Assembly (NCBI GenBank): GCA_963663865.1
Contig: OY760686.1
Span: 800,001 to 864,000, forward strand
DNA: 64,000 bases
Origin: Spirochaetota bacterium
GTDB taxonomy: Bacteria; Spirochaetota; UBA4802; UBA5550
Direction: 5' to 3'
This document shows, one piece after another, positions 37,351 to 46,111 of the stretch. Below the pieces are notes generated by a model. It saw nothing but the letters and a program-made list of their open reading frames with translations, did not search any database and had not been told where the DNA came from. Both the position numbers and the translations under genes were made by a program. The first letter of the stretch is position 1. Every line of letters begins with the position of its first letter.

Positions 37351-39402
37351 ATGAGAATTAAACTTGTTCTTGCAGGTATTGCCTTTCATTTGCCGGAGAT
37401 AATTCTGGCTTCGCTGCTTATTCATTTCTATCCCGACCAGGAAGGAGCTTTTTGGCCTGGTACCGCGGGGCTCATTCTGTTGATTCCGTTGATTAAACTT
37501 CCCATACTGATCTATGCCCTGCGCAGGTATTATACTCTGTATGTTGACTACATAAGGCAGATCGCGATATACCTTTCGAGAAGCCGTATCGGCGGTGATC
37601 CTCCTGATCTGAAGGGAAGCGGTCTTTTGCCTGAGGAGCTTAGAAAGCTTGCAGATTCAGCAAAAAAACTCGATAAACTTATTCTGTCACAGAAGGATGA
37701 GATCGACAAGTTTCATGAGCTCTATCAAAATATCATATTCTCAATAAGCTCATACTTCCTTGTCCTCGACGAAGAGTACAGAGTGGTTTTTGCCAATGAG
37801 GGTTTCTGTAAAAAATTTATTTTTGATATTGAGGATATAAACGGAAAGCATATCGATGAGATATTCTATTTTGTCAACGCCCGTCTGCGTTCAGGGCTTA
37901 ACAGAGCAAGAAACGAGGGAATGTCCGTTGTACTTGAAAGGACGCATCTTCTGTCAATTAACAAAATATCAATAATTGCAGATATTAAAATATCAAATAT
38001 GATTCTTCAGGGGCACAGGCAGGTGATCCTGATAATTGACGACGTGACCGGAAACCTGAGAAAGGACTACCAGATATCTCTATTGAGCCATATATCTGAG
38101 TCAATTCAGAGCGAAGTTGAGATAGAGAGGGTGCTGTACACGATTTTGACTGCTGTTACATCAGGTTCAGGATTGGGATTCAACAGAGCAATGCTTTTTT
38201 TAATAGATGAAAATGGGAGTGTCCTGAAAGGGAAAATGGCTGTAGGTCCTGATTCGCTTGAGGAAGCAATTGAAATATGGAGTGCGGGTCCTTCGGCAGT
38301 CCTTGATCCGCAAAGTCTCGGTAATCATTCGATTGAACGTGGAAAGAACTTTCTAAAAAAGGTTATAAGCGCATCATTCCGGCTTAATGAGGACAGTGTT
38401 TTTTCGAGGAGCATAGTACAAAAAGAAGTTCAACATGTCTTTAGAAGAGAAGCAGATCCGGGAGTGGGAGAAAGCGTCAGAGGATTTATGGACGTTGAGG
38501 AGTTTGTGGTTGCGCCCATAGTGGCTGTAAACAAACCCGTAGGCATAATTTGCGTGGATAACAAGTTTAACAATGTTCCCATAGGAAAAGATGTCATTGA
38601 ACTTCTGAAGATATTTGCCTCTCAGGCGGCCTTTTCCATTGAAAGCTTTAAAAATCTAATAAATGTTAAATCGCAGATGGACAAAATATCGAGACGACAG
38701 GAAGCAATAGTTGAGTCCGAAAAAATGGCCGCTGTCGGCCGCATTGCGGCTCACATTGCCCATGAAATCAGGAATCCGCTTGTTACGATGGGCGGTTACG
38801 CAAGAAGGGTAGTGCATCTGGCACAGTCCCGCGAACGGGAGCAGGAAAAAAACTATGAGAACATCGCCAATGCCGGCAATATCATCCTCAAGGAATCTGA
38901 ACGTTTAGAAAAAATCCTCTCAAATGTTATGGACTTTACTCGTCCGACCAAGTTTATCAGAGAATATAACAATATAAATGAAGTGATAAATGACACTGTC
39001 GAGCTGCTGAAAAATCTTCTGCTTGAAAAGAAAATAGATACAGAGATAAAGCTTGGCGAAGATATTCCGCTTGTAAAGTCAGATTTCAATCAGATGAAGC
39101 AGGTGATTCTCAATCTCATACAGAACTCTGTCGATGCCAGCACAGCAGGTGGGAAGATAATCATTCAAACTGACTGCAGGAATAACAAGGTAATCGTTAA
39201 AGTCATGGACACGGGAACGGGGTTGTCCGAAGAAAGCTCTGATATTCTGTTCGAGCCTTTTTATACAACGAAAGTCACTGGAGTCGGGCTGGGGCTTTCT
39301 AACGTCAAGAAGATTGTAAAAGACCACGGGGGGTCAATATCTCTTAAAAACAGACCGGAAGGCGGGACAGAAGCTGTACTCACTCTGCCGGTTCCAGGAT
39401 GA
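37351..39402 (+). CDS. PAS-GAF sensor histidine kinase
   Basis: Two TM helices, PAS, GAF (GLGFNRAMLFL), AHEIRNPL, DTGTG, FYTTK, GLGL. Confidence 0.92.
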   Translation: MRIKLVLAGIAFHLPEIILASLLIHFYPDQEGAFWPGTAGLILLIPLIKLPILIYALRRYYTLYVDYIRQIAIYLSRSRIGGDPPDLKGSGLLPEELRKLADSAKKLDKLILSQKDEIDKFHELYQNIIFSISSYFLVLDEEYRVVFANEGFCKKFIFDIEDINGKHIDEIFYFVNARLRSGLNRARNEGMSVVLERTHLLSINKISIIADIKISNMILQGHRQVILIIDDVTGNLRKDYQISLLSHISESIQSEVEIERVLYTILTAVTSGSGLGFNRAMLFLIDENGSVLKGKMAVGPDSLEEAIEIWSAGPSAVLDPQSLGNHSIERGKNFLKKVISASFRLNEDSVFSRSIVQKEVQHVFRREADPGVGESVRGFMDVEEFVVAPIVAVNKPVGIICVDNKFNNVPIGKDVIELLKIFASQAAFSIESFKNLINVKSQMDKISRRQEAIVESEKMAAVGRIAAHIAHEIRNPLVTMGGYARRVVHLAQSREREQEKNYENIANAGNIILKESERLEKILSNVMDFTRPTKFIREYNNINEVINDTVELLKNLLLEKKIDTEIKLGEDIPLVKSDFNQMKQVILNLIQNSVDASTAGGKIIIQTDCRNNKVIVKVMDTGTGLSEESSDILFEPFYTTKVTGVGLGLSNVKKIVKDHGGSISLKNRPEGGTEAVLTLPVPG

Positions 39403-39534
39403 CATGGGGGCTTTTGTGAACTCATATAATCATTGGTTAAAGGGAAGAGTTCGAATTATTGTATTGAAATAGTTTTTCATCTGTGGTAAGGTTTACCTGG
39501 TTCTTATTGATAATAGAGATTGTCGGAGGTCAAT

Positions 39535-39894
39535 ATGGCAGGGAAAATATTAATTGTCGAAGATGAACAGCATCAGCGGGAGCTTTACGCTACTGAATTG
39601 GAAGAAGAGGGCTATCAGGTGGATCAGGCCTCCAATGGCAAGGAGGGAGTTGAGAAGGTCAGACAAAACAAATATGATCTCGTCGTTATGGACATCAGGA
39701 TGCCTGAAATGGATGGGATTGAAGCTCTTGGGAAAATTCTTTCAAGGGATAAGAAGATTCCAATCATAATATATACTGCATATTCTAATTATAAGAGCAA
39801 CTTTATGACCTGGACGGCCGACGCATACATAACCAAATCTTCAAATCTTGATGAGCTAAAGGGTAAAATCAGTGAGTTAATAGGTGTCAGTTGA
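39535..39894 (+). CDS. Single-domain response regulator
   Basis: ILIVEDE, DLVVMDIRMP, YTAY, TK. SD GGAGG before ATG 39535. Confidence 0.92.
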   Translation: MAGKILIVEDEQHQRELYATELEEEGYQVDQASNGKEGVEKVRQNKYDLVVMDIRMPEMDGIEALGKILSRDKKIPIIIYTAYSNYKSNFMTWTADAYITKSSNLDELKGKISELIGVS

Positions 39895-39897
39895 ATT

Positions 39898-40275
39898 TTA
39901 TTCAGGAATGTATGTGCACCTTGATGTTCCTGACTCCCACACTGTCACGGATTCTATTTGCGCATCGCTGTTTATAGCACGTATTTTCTCTGCGGCTTCT
40001 GAGGCGATGTAGCGCGCAATATTTTCTGAGCTTGGATTGATCTCTGTAAATGGATGAGTGTCATTCAGGTTTTTATGATCCAACTCCTCAATAATTCCCT
40101 TCACCATTTTTTTAAGATCTCCGAAATCGACAAGCAGTCCAATATTGTCCAGAGTGTTGCCTTTTACGGCAAGGACAACTTTCCAGTTATGTCCGTGAAG
40201 GTTTTCACATTTTCCTTTGTATTTCCTTAACTGATGTGCAGAGGCAAAGGAGTCTTCAACTGTCAAAATATACAT
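39898..40275 (-). CDS. queD: 6-carboxy-5,6,7,8-tetrahydropterin synthase
   Basis: FASAH, CENLHGHNW, LDHKNLN, PSSENIA, VWE. Confidence 0.93.
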   Translation of the reverse strand: MYILTVEDSFASAHQLRKYKGKCENLHGHNWKVVLAVKGNTLDNIGLLVDFGDLKKMVKGIIEELDHKNLNDTHPFTEINPSSENIARYIASEAAEKIRAINSDAQIESVTVWESGTSRCTYIPE

Positions 40276-40285
40276 AGATTTATCC

Positions 40286-41320
40286 CTATATGAAACTTGA
40301 GAGACTTTTCGATATCCCTTCTATTTCTTTTTTGGATAGAGTGGGATATAGGGGCAGAGTGTAAAGCTTTTTTGAAAGCCGGTCGCTGTTCGGATAGTCA
40401 AGCCCTCTAAATCCGAGAATAGAGTGGATTGGACTTTCAACTGGGCGAATAACTTCAATACCCGCCTTTTTCCAGTATTTCTGAACCTTTTCGGCAGGTG
40501 AATCGAAAAGCACGGGAAAGGATTGATAGGCATAATCCCTTGAGTAAGGGATAAGTTCTCTGTGCGAGGTAATCTTTAAAGCGTCATGGAAAATCCCCGC
40601 GATATCCCTTCTCCGCTTTATGAACTCCTTGAGTTTATAAAGCTGTGAAATCCCCATTGCTGCCTGAAGGTCGGTCATAATATAGTCGTAATTAATGGAA
40701 GAATCGTTGCGTCCTCTGAGATCCCTCATCACAGAATAGTAACGGGTGTTAGATGTCTGAACCATCCCGCCGTTTCCAGTTGTTATCATCATTGATGGCG
40801 CGAATGAAATGACAGTAATTGAAGATTTTTTACCCATGGGTTCTGAATTGTGCTCCGTCCCAAGAACTGCGGAGATGTCCTCAATGATGGGGATCTGGAT
40901 GTCAGCTAACTGGTCAAGGGGGAAATGATAGCCGAAAGTATGCCTGATTACGATTGCTTTTGTATTCGCTGTAATCCTGGATTTTATCTGATCCGGTGAT
41001 GGGAATATTGAGTTTTCTTCGCTGTCAATGAGTACAGGCTTTGCTCCCGTCAATCCCAGGGCTGAAACAGGGGACGAGCAGCCGAATGACGGCATAATTA
41101 TTTCTGATTCGCTGTCAAGATCAAGCGCTTGAAATGCCAGGTGGAACGCGGCTGTAAGAGAATTGACGGCGACCGAAAATTTCTGTCCTGTGATATCAGA
41201 AACAGCCGTTTCAAGATTTTTGACTGTATTTCCTGTGGCTATTTCGTCATTGATTAGGCAGTCCAGCACTCCTTCGAGTTCTTTTCTTGTTATTGTCGGT
41301 TTATTGGAGACGATTTTCAT
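40286..41320 (-). CDS. DegT/DnrJ/EryC1/StrS-fold protein lacking the PLP-binding lysine
   Basis: Fold motifs AVNSLTAAFHLA, TKAIV, IIED, TTGNGG, MTDLQAAMG, LPLYP. The SFxxxK site reads SFAPSM. Confidence 0.85.
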   Translation of the reverse strand: MKIVSNKPTITRKELEGVLDCLINDEIATGNTVKNLETAVSDITGQKFSVAVNSLTAAFHLAFQALDLDSESEIIMPSFGCSSPVSALGLTGAKPVLIDSEENSIFPSPDQIKSRITANTKAIVIRHTFGYHFPLDQLADIQIPIIEDISAVLGTEHNSEPMGKKSSITVISFAPSMMITTGNGGMVQTSNTRYYSVMRDLRGRNDSSINYDYIMTDLQAAMGISQLYKLKEFIKRRRDIAGIFHDALKITSHRELIPYSRDYAYQSFPVLFDSPAEKVQKYWKKAGIEVIRPVESPIHSILGFRGLDYPNSDRLSKKLYTLPLYPTLSKKEIEGISKSLSSFI

Positions 41321-41506
41321 TGGTGTTCCCCGGTAAATTGAAGCTGTATTTTCTTAAATAACCCGGGGATAGGCCCCCGTGGTCAAGAATCTTTTTGATA
41401 AAACAAAAAATTGAGAGACGTCTATTGTGACTGATAAATAATAACTTTAATGCTGTGATGACATAATACCGATAATATGAACGACTAATATTCGGAGGGT
41501 ATCATA

Positions 41507-42403
41507 ATGATAAAAACTTGGATGCCAGCAGCCATAGTATTTGCTGTAGCGATGATTCTTTCAGCCGGCTGTACACCAGCTAATACTCAGGTTAAAAACC
41601 AGGGATTTGATAATACAACGCCCGTTTCAGCTCAAAACGGATATGAGGAGAGGTCCTATGATTTCTCCGGCAGTGAAAGGCAGGAAGAGCCGGCGAGCAG
41701 TTCCATTATCAGCAGCGGGAAAGAAAACCAATCAGCTGACAATTCATCGGCTTCGTATACGCAGGCGGATAGAGCTGAACCCTTTTTCCAGAAAGGACTT
41801 GCTTCGTGGTATGGAAGGGAGTTTGACGGTAAAATCACGGCCTCAGGCGAACTGTTTAACATGAATGACTTTACAGCGGCGCATAAGACACTTCCATTCG
41901 GGACTGTTGTTGAGGTTAAAAATATTGACACCGGAAAAACTGTCCGTGCCAGGATTAATGACAGGGGGCCATATAAGGGAAGCAGAATAATTGATCTGTC
42001 TCATGGGGCCGCAAGGCAAATTGGAATTCTTCAGGCCGGTGAGGCGATGGTCGGTGTCCGGATAATAAAGAACGGAAACGGAGCGGTTCAAGCGTCTTCG
42101 CAGTCCGAAGCACGCAATGTTGAGGCTTCAAATTCGTATTCCAGCGGCGGATTTGTATCAGATTACAAAGAAAGCTCAGCAGGCAGCTATTCGCTTCAGG
42201 CCGGGGCGTTCTATTCAATTAATAACGCTACGGCGCTAAAAGAGAGAGTCGAGGCTTTGACGGGCGGTACAGTCAGGGTTGTCAGTGAAGGATACCTGCA
42301 TAAAGTTCGGATTGAAGGGATTGCAAGCCGGACTGAGGCCGATAACTTTAAAAGAAGATTGAGCAGTGAAGATATTCCTTCATTTGTTATAGAAAACAGA
42401 TAG
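41507..42403 (+). CDS. rlpA: Septal ring lytic transglycosylase RlpA family lipoprotein with SPOR domain
   Basis: Lipobox SAGC. GLASWYG, TAAHKTLPFGT, INDRGPY, IIDLS. C-terminal SPOR (YSLQAGAF). Confidence 0.93.
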   Translation: MIKTWMPAAIVFAVAMILSAGCTPANTQVKNQGFDNTTPVSAQNGYEERSYDFSGSERQEEPASSSIISSGKENQSADNSSASYTQADRAEPFFQKGLASWYGREFDGKITASGELFNMNDFTAAHKTLPFGTVVEVKNIDTGKTVRARINDRGPYKGSRIIDLSHGAARQIGILQAGEAMVGVRIIKNGNGAVQASSQSEARNVEASNSYSSGGFVSDYKESSAGSYSLQAGAFYSINNATALKERVEALTGGTVRVVSEGYLHKVRIEGIASRTEADNFKRRLSSEDIPSFVIENR

Positions 42404-42427
42404 ATATTAGAAAATAATACTTATATT

Positions 42428-42457
42428 GAGGATGCCGTTTGCTGCGGTGTCCTCTTT
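42428..42457 (+). terminator. Terminator after rlpA
   Basis: GAGGATGCCGT/GCGGTGTCCTC stem followed by TTT. Confidence 0.6.
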
Positions 42458-42548
42458 ATCTATAAACCCTGCGTTTAATCAAGGAAATGCAAACGTGCGT
42501 TTCAGAGATAATTAGGTTGAAAAAATCACATCAAAAGCTGAAATATAT

Positions 42549-42576
42549 TTGACAATTGCGGGGTGATTTTTAGAAT
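42549..42576 (+). promoter_or_regulatory. Sigma70 promoter of tRNA-Thr
   Basis: TTGACA-N16-TAGAAT. Confidence 0.7.
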
Positions 42577-42600
42577 CAAACTCTGTTTCATCCCTCACTG

Positions 42601-42673
42601 GCCCACGTAGCTCAGTCGGTAGAGCGTTAGCATGGTAAGCTAAAGGTCACCAGTTCGATTCTGGTCGTGGGCT
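42601..42673 (+). tRNA. tRNA-Thr(GGT)
   Basis: Acceptor GCCCACG/CGTGGGC, anticodon arm TTAGC-ATGGTAA-GCTAA, T arm ACCAG-TTCGATT-CTGGT. CCA not encoded. Confidence 0.95.
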
Positions 42674-42800
42674 CAATGCGTTTAATCGTTTAATAGTGAT
42701 TGAGTTCCGCAGGAGCGGTTTTTTCTATAAAAGTTCTTGACTGGATAGGGTTAAATAATAGTTTGCACTGACCTTAATACCGTCAAAGGTAGGATTACAT

Positions 42801-42953
42801 ATGCGCGATATAATATTGTTGGCTTGCGGCGAGTGCAAAAGAAAGAATTACTCGCTGACAAAAAACAAAAAGACTCAAACCGGAAAGATGGAAGTCAAGA
42901 AGTACTGTAAATTCTGTGACAAACATACTCTTCATAAAGAGACTAAGGCTTAA
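42801..42953 (+). CDS. rpmG: 50S ribosomal protein L33 (zinc-binding form), absent from the ORF track
   Basis: Hand translation [50 protein letters not shown]. Confidence 0.96.
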   Translation: MRDIILLACGECKRKNYSLTKNKKTQTGKMEVKKYCKFCDKHTLHKETKA

Positions 42954-42967
42954 TATTAACGGTTCGG

Positions 42968-43159
42968 GTGAACGATGTGAAGAAAGCTATCCAATTTCTA
43001 AAAGAAGCAAAGGGCGAAATGAAGAAGGTGACCTGGCCTGATCGTGATGAGGTTACCAGTTATACCGGAGTTGTCGTTGTTGCTGTTGTGATTATTTCAG
43101 TGTTTCTCTGGTTTGTTGATACGTCTTTGATGTCACTGGTGAAAATGGTGTTGAAATAG
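42968..43159 (+). CDS. secE: Preprotein translocase subunit SecE
   Basis: EMKKVTWP plus one TM helix, directly before nusG. Confidence 0.95.
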   Translation: MNDVKKAIQFLKEAKGEMKKVTWPDRDEVTSYTGVVVVAVVIISVFLWFVDTSLMSLVKMVLK

Positions 43160-43162
43160 CCT

Positions 43163-43705
43163 ATGGCACGCGAGTGGTACGTCATTCATACGTTTTCAGG
43201 ACATGAAAACAAGGTAAAAGCGACAATAGAGAAGAAAGTTGAAGCGCTGGGGTGGCAGGAACTTATCTCTCAGGTGAAGGTTCCAACTCTTGAGGTTTCA
43301 GAAACCAAGGGCGGCAAAAAGAAGGTCGTCTCAAAGAAGATTTTCCCGAGTTATGTGCTTGTTGAAATGGAGTTGAACGACGAGACATGGAGTCTTGTAA
43401 AGGCTGTTCCCAGTGTGACGAATTTTGTCGGGGCGCTCGGAACCAGCAAGCCGAAACCGTTGTCAAGGGAAGAGGTTAATTCGCTTTTTGACAAAATGGG
43501 CGAACAAAAGGTTCGTGAAAAGGCTTCTTTTGTGCCTGAGTTTAGCGTTGGTGAGCATGTGAAAGTTGTAGATGGGCCATTCGGCAACTTCACCGGGGTT
43601 GTTGAAGAGGTTTACGCCGACAAAGGCCGTTTGAGGGTCAAGGTTGAGATTTTCGGCAGGGGTACTCCTGTTGAACTTGATTTCTCGCAGGTCGGAAGAA
43701 TTTGA
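43163..43705 (+). CDS. nusG: Transcription termination/antitermination factor NusG
   Basis: WYVIHTFSGHENKV, FPSYVLVEM, KOW domain, IFGRGTPVEL. Confidence 0.97.
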   Translation: MAREWYVIHTFSGHENKVKATIEKKVEALGWQELISQVKVPTLEVSETKGGKKKVVSKKIFPSYVLVEMELNDETWSLVKAVPSVTNFVGALGTSKPKPLSREEVNSLFDKMGEQKVREKASFVPEFSVGEHVKVVDGPFGNFTGVVEEVYADKGRLRVKVEIFGRGTPVELDFSQVGRI

Positions 43706-43730
43706 AATAATATAGTTGTTGAGGATTATA

Positions 43731-44165
43731 ATGGCACCTAAAAAGAAAAAAGTAGTTACAGAGATCAAGCTTCAAATCCCGGGAGGGCAAGCTAACCCTG
43801 CACCTCCGGTTGGTCCAGCTCTGGGTCAGCATGGTCTCAATATAATGGAGTTTTGCAAGGCCTTCAATGAAAGAACGAAAGATCAGATGGGGACTGTTCT
43901 CCCGATAGTTATCTCCGTTTATGAGGACAGGACGTATACCTTTATTGTTAAAACTCCGCCAGCGACAGTGCTTATCAAGAAGGCTCTTGGTCTAACTTCA
44001 GGATCAAAAGAACCTCAGAAGACGAAAGTTGGTAAAATTACAAGAGCACAGCTGAGAGACATTGCAGCTTTGAAAATGCCTGACCTAAATGCTAACGATA
44101 TAGAAGCTGCGGCAAACATTATCGGCGGATCAGCTCATTCAATGGGCGTTGATGTAGTCGATTGA
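43731..44165 (+). CDS. rplK: 50S ribosomal protein L11
   Basis: [22 protein letters not shown]. Confidence 0.97.
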   Translation: MAPKKKKVVTEIKLQIPGGQANPAPPVGPALGQHGLNIMEFCKAFNERTKDQMGTVLPIVISVYEDRTYTFIVKTPPATVLIKKALGLTSGSKEPQKTKVGKITRAQLRDIAALKMPDLNANDIEAAANIIGGSAHSMGVDVVD

Positions 44166-44203
44166 GATAATACTGCTAACAACAATAGGAGTTCTGTTAT
44201 AAA

Positions 44204-44887
44204 ATGAAACGTGGAAAAAAGATAAAAGAAGCCCGTGCCAGAGTAGACAAAGCAAATCTCTACGAACTTGAAAATGCAGTTCAGCTGATGAAGGAGCTCA
44301 AGTTTTCTAAGTTTGATGAGTCAATAGATATCGCGATCAAGCTTGTACACAAAAGCTATCAAAACATTCGCGGTTCTGTTGTTCTGCCAGCGGGAACAGG
44401 AAAGGATAAAAAAGTACTTGTTATCTGTAAAGGCGACAAACAGAAAGAGGCTCTCGAAGCAGGAGCAGACTATGTTGGTGCTGAAGAGATAGTTGAGAAA
44501 ATACTTGGCGGCTGGGTAGATTATCAGGCTGTAGTCGCTACTCCCGATATGATGAAGCATGTTGGAAAACTTGGTCCGGTGCTTGGCCGAAAGGGTCTTA
44601 TGCCAAAACCAAAGTCAGGTACAGTTACTGATGACGTCAAGGGTATTGTGAAAGAGCTTAAGGGCGGAAGGGTTGAGTATAAGGCCGACAAGACTGGAGT
44701 TGTTCACATGGGCATAGGTAAGCTGGCCTTTGATGATGCTTCAATTGTTGGAAATGTTTCCGCTTTTTACAATCAAATCGTTAGGGATAAGCCGGCCGAG
44801 GCGAAAGGAAACTATATCAAATCAGTGCATATAAGCTCTACCATGGGCCCCGGTATCAAAATCAATCATAAGGGGATAGTCAAGTAA
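44204..44887 (+). CDS. rplA: 50S ribosomal protein L1
   Basis: [32 protein letters not shown]. Confidence 0.97.
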   Translation: MKRGKKIKEARARVDKANLYELENAVQLMKELKFSKFDESIDIAIKLVHKSYQNIRGSVVLPAGTGKDKKVLVICKGDKQKEALEAGADYVGAEEIVEKILGGWVDYQAVVATPDMMKHVGKLGPVLGRKGLMPKPKSGTVTDDVKGIVKELKGGRVEYKADKTGVVHMGIGKLAFDDASIVGNVSAFYNQIVRDKPAEAKGNYIKSVHISSTMGPGIKINHKGIVK

Positions 44888-45402
44888 TGGTTAAACAGTA
44901 TAAAATTGACGAAGTGCAAATTCTTCTTTCTATCCTAAAGGAGAGGAGAAATATTATTCTGACAAATTACTCCGGCACTCAGGTAAAAAATCTCAGTATT
45001 TTGAGAAGAAAACTTCGAGACAAAAATGCAGAGTATAAAGTCGTAAAAAATAATCTTCTAAAGCGTGCCCTGAAAGAGGCTGGATATGAGGGAGTTGATG
45101 AGTATATAAAAGGCCCTCTTGGTATAGCTTTTGTCGATACTGAAATCGGTGAGGTGGCAAAGGTTTTAAAAGAGTTTGCCGCTGAAAATGAGAAGTTTAG
45201 CTTTACAGCTGGATATCTCGATGATGTGCTTTATAATGAGGGTGAGGTAAAAAGAATTGCCGAATTGCCTTCAAAAGAAGCTCTTCTTGCCCAGATCATG
45301 TCGCTTATCAATGGGCCAACAAGAGGAATTGCAGTCGGTGCAAATCAGATTATGGCATCTTTAGCTCGTGGAATCAAAGCAGTCGCAGAGAAGAACGCAT
45401 AA
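44887..45402 (+). CDS. rplJ: 50S ribosomal protein L10
   Basis: YKVVKNNLL, LPSKEALLAQI, position in cluster. Confidence 0.95.
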   Translation: MVKQYKIDEVQILLSILKERRNIILTNYSGTQVKNLSILRRKLRDKNAEYKVVKNNLLKRALKEAGYEGVDEYIKGPLGIAFVDTEIGEVAKVLKEFAAENEKFSFTAGYLDDVLYNEGEVKRIAELPSKEALLAQIMSLINGPTRGIAVGANQIMASLARGIKAVAEKNA

Positions 45403-45564
45403 TTTATTATCAGCATAACGGGTAAGAAGTTCTTACTAAAAGATATATGAGGGCGTAGAGTTTTACTGTCTGTCAGCAGACGGAAAAAATTTCAGCCTTT
45501 ATAGGTTTTTACAGCATGTCTGTATTAACTTGAAGAAATTCACTAAGTATAAAGGAGTTTAAAA

Positions 45565-45945
45565 ATGGCAAAGATGTCAACAGAAGAAATGCTTGAGGCG
45601 ATTGGAAGCCTGACACTTCTTGAAGCCGCAGAGCTTGTAAAAGCTATGGAAGAGAAGTTTGGAATTTCAGCCGCAGCACCAGTAGCTGTTGCAGCCGCAG
45701 CAGGCGGGGCACCAGCAGAAGCAGCAGAAGAAAAAACAGAGTTTGATGTAATTCTTACTGGATTCGGCGACGCTAAAGTTGCTGTTATCAAAGAGGTAAG
45801 GGAAATCACAGGACTCGGACTAAAAGAAGCTAAAGAGCTTGTTGAAGCAGGCGGAAAAGCTGTCAAAGAGAAAGTTTCTAAAGCTGATGCTGAAGAGATC
45901 AAGAAAAAACTTGAAGCAGCTGGAGCAACAGCTGAGATCAAGTAG
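45565..45945 (+). CDS. rplL: 50S ribosomal protein L7/L12
   Basis: [32 protein letters not shown]. Confidence 0.98.
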   Translation: MAKMSTEEMLEAIGSLTLLEAAELVKAMEEKFGISAAAPVAVAAAAGGAPAEAAEEKTEFDVILTGFGDAKVAVIKEVREITGLGLKEAKELVEAGGKAVKEKVSKADAEEIKKKLEAAGATAEIK

Positions 45946-45966
45946 TTAAAAAAGTAATTTTTTTAA

Positions 45967-46013
45967 AAAAAATCAATAGTTTTGGAGAAATAAATCCAGG
46001 GCTATTGATTTTT
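45967..46013 (+). terminator. Terminator or attenuator between rplL and rpoB
   Basis: AAAAATCAATAGTTTTGGA pairs with TCCAGGGCTATTGATTTTT. Confidence 0.6.
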
Positions 46014-46111
46014 GTGCTTTATGCCTATAATTAACGTGCCCTGGAAGTAATGACCAAATAGAAAGAAAGCAATTATCCTTTTTATTAAATATCAAATAAG
46101 GTTAATAATCA

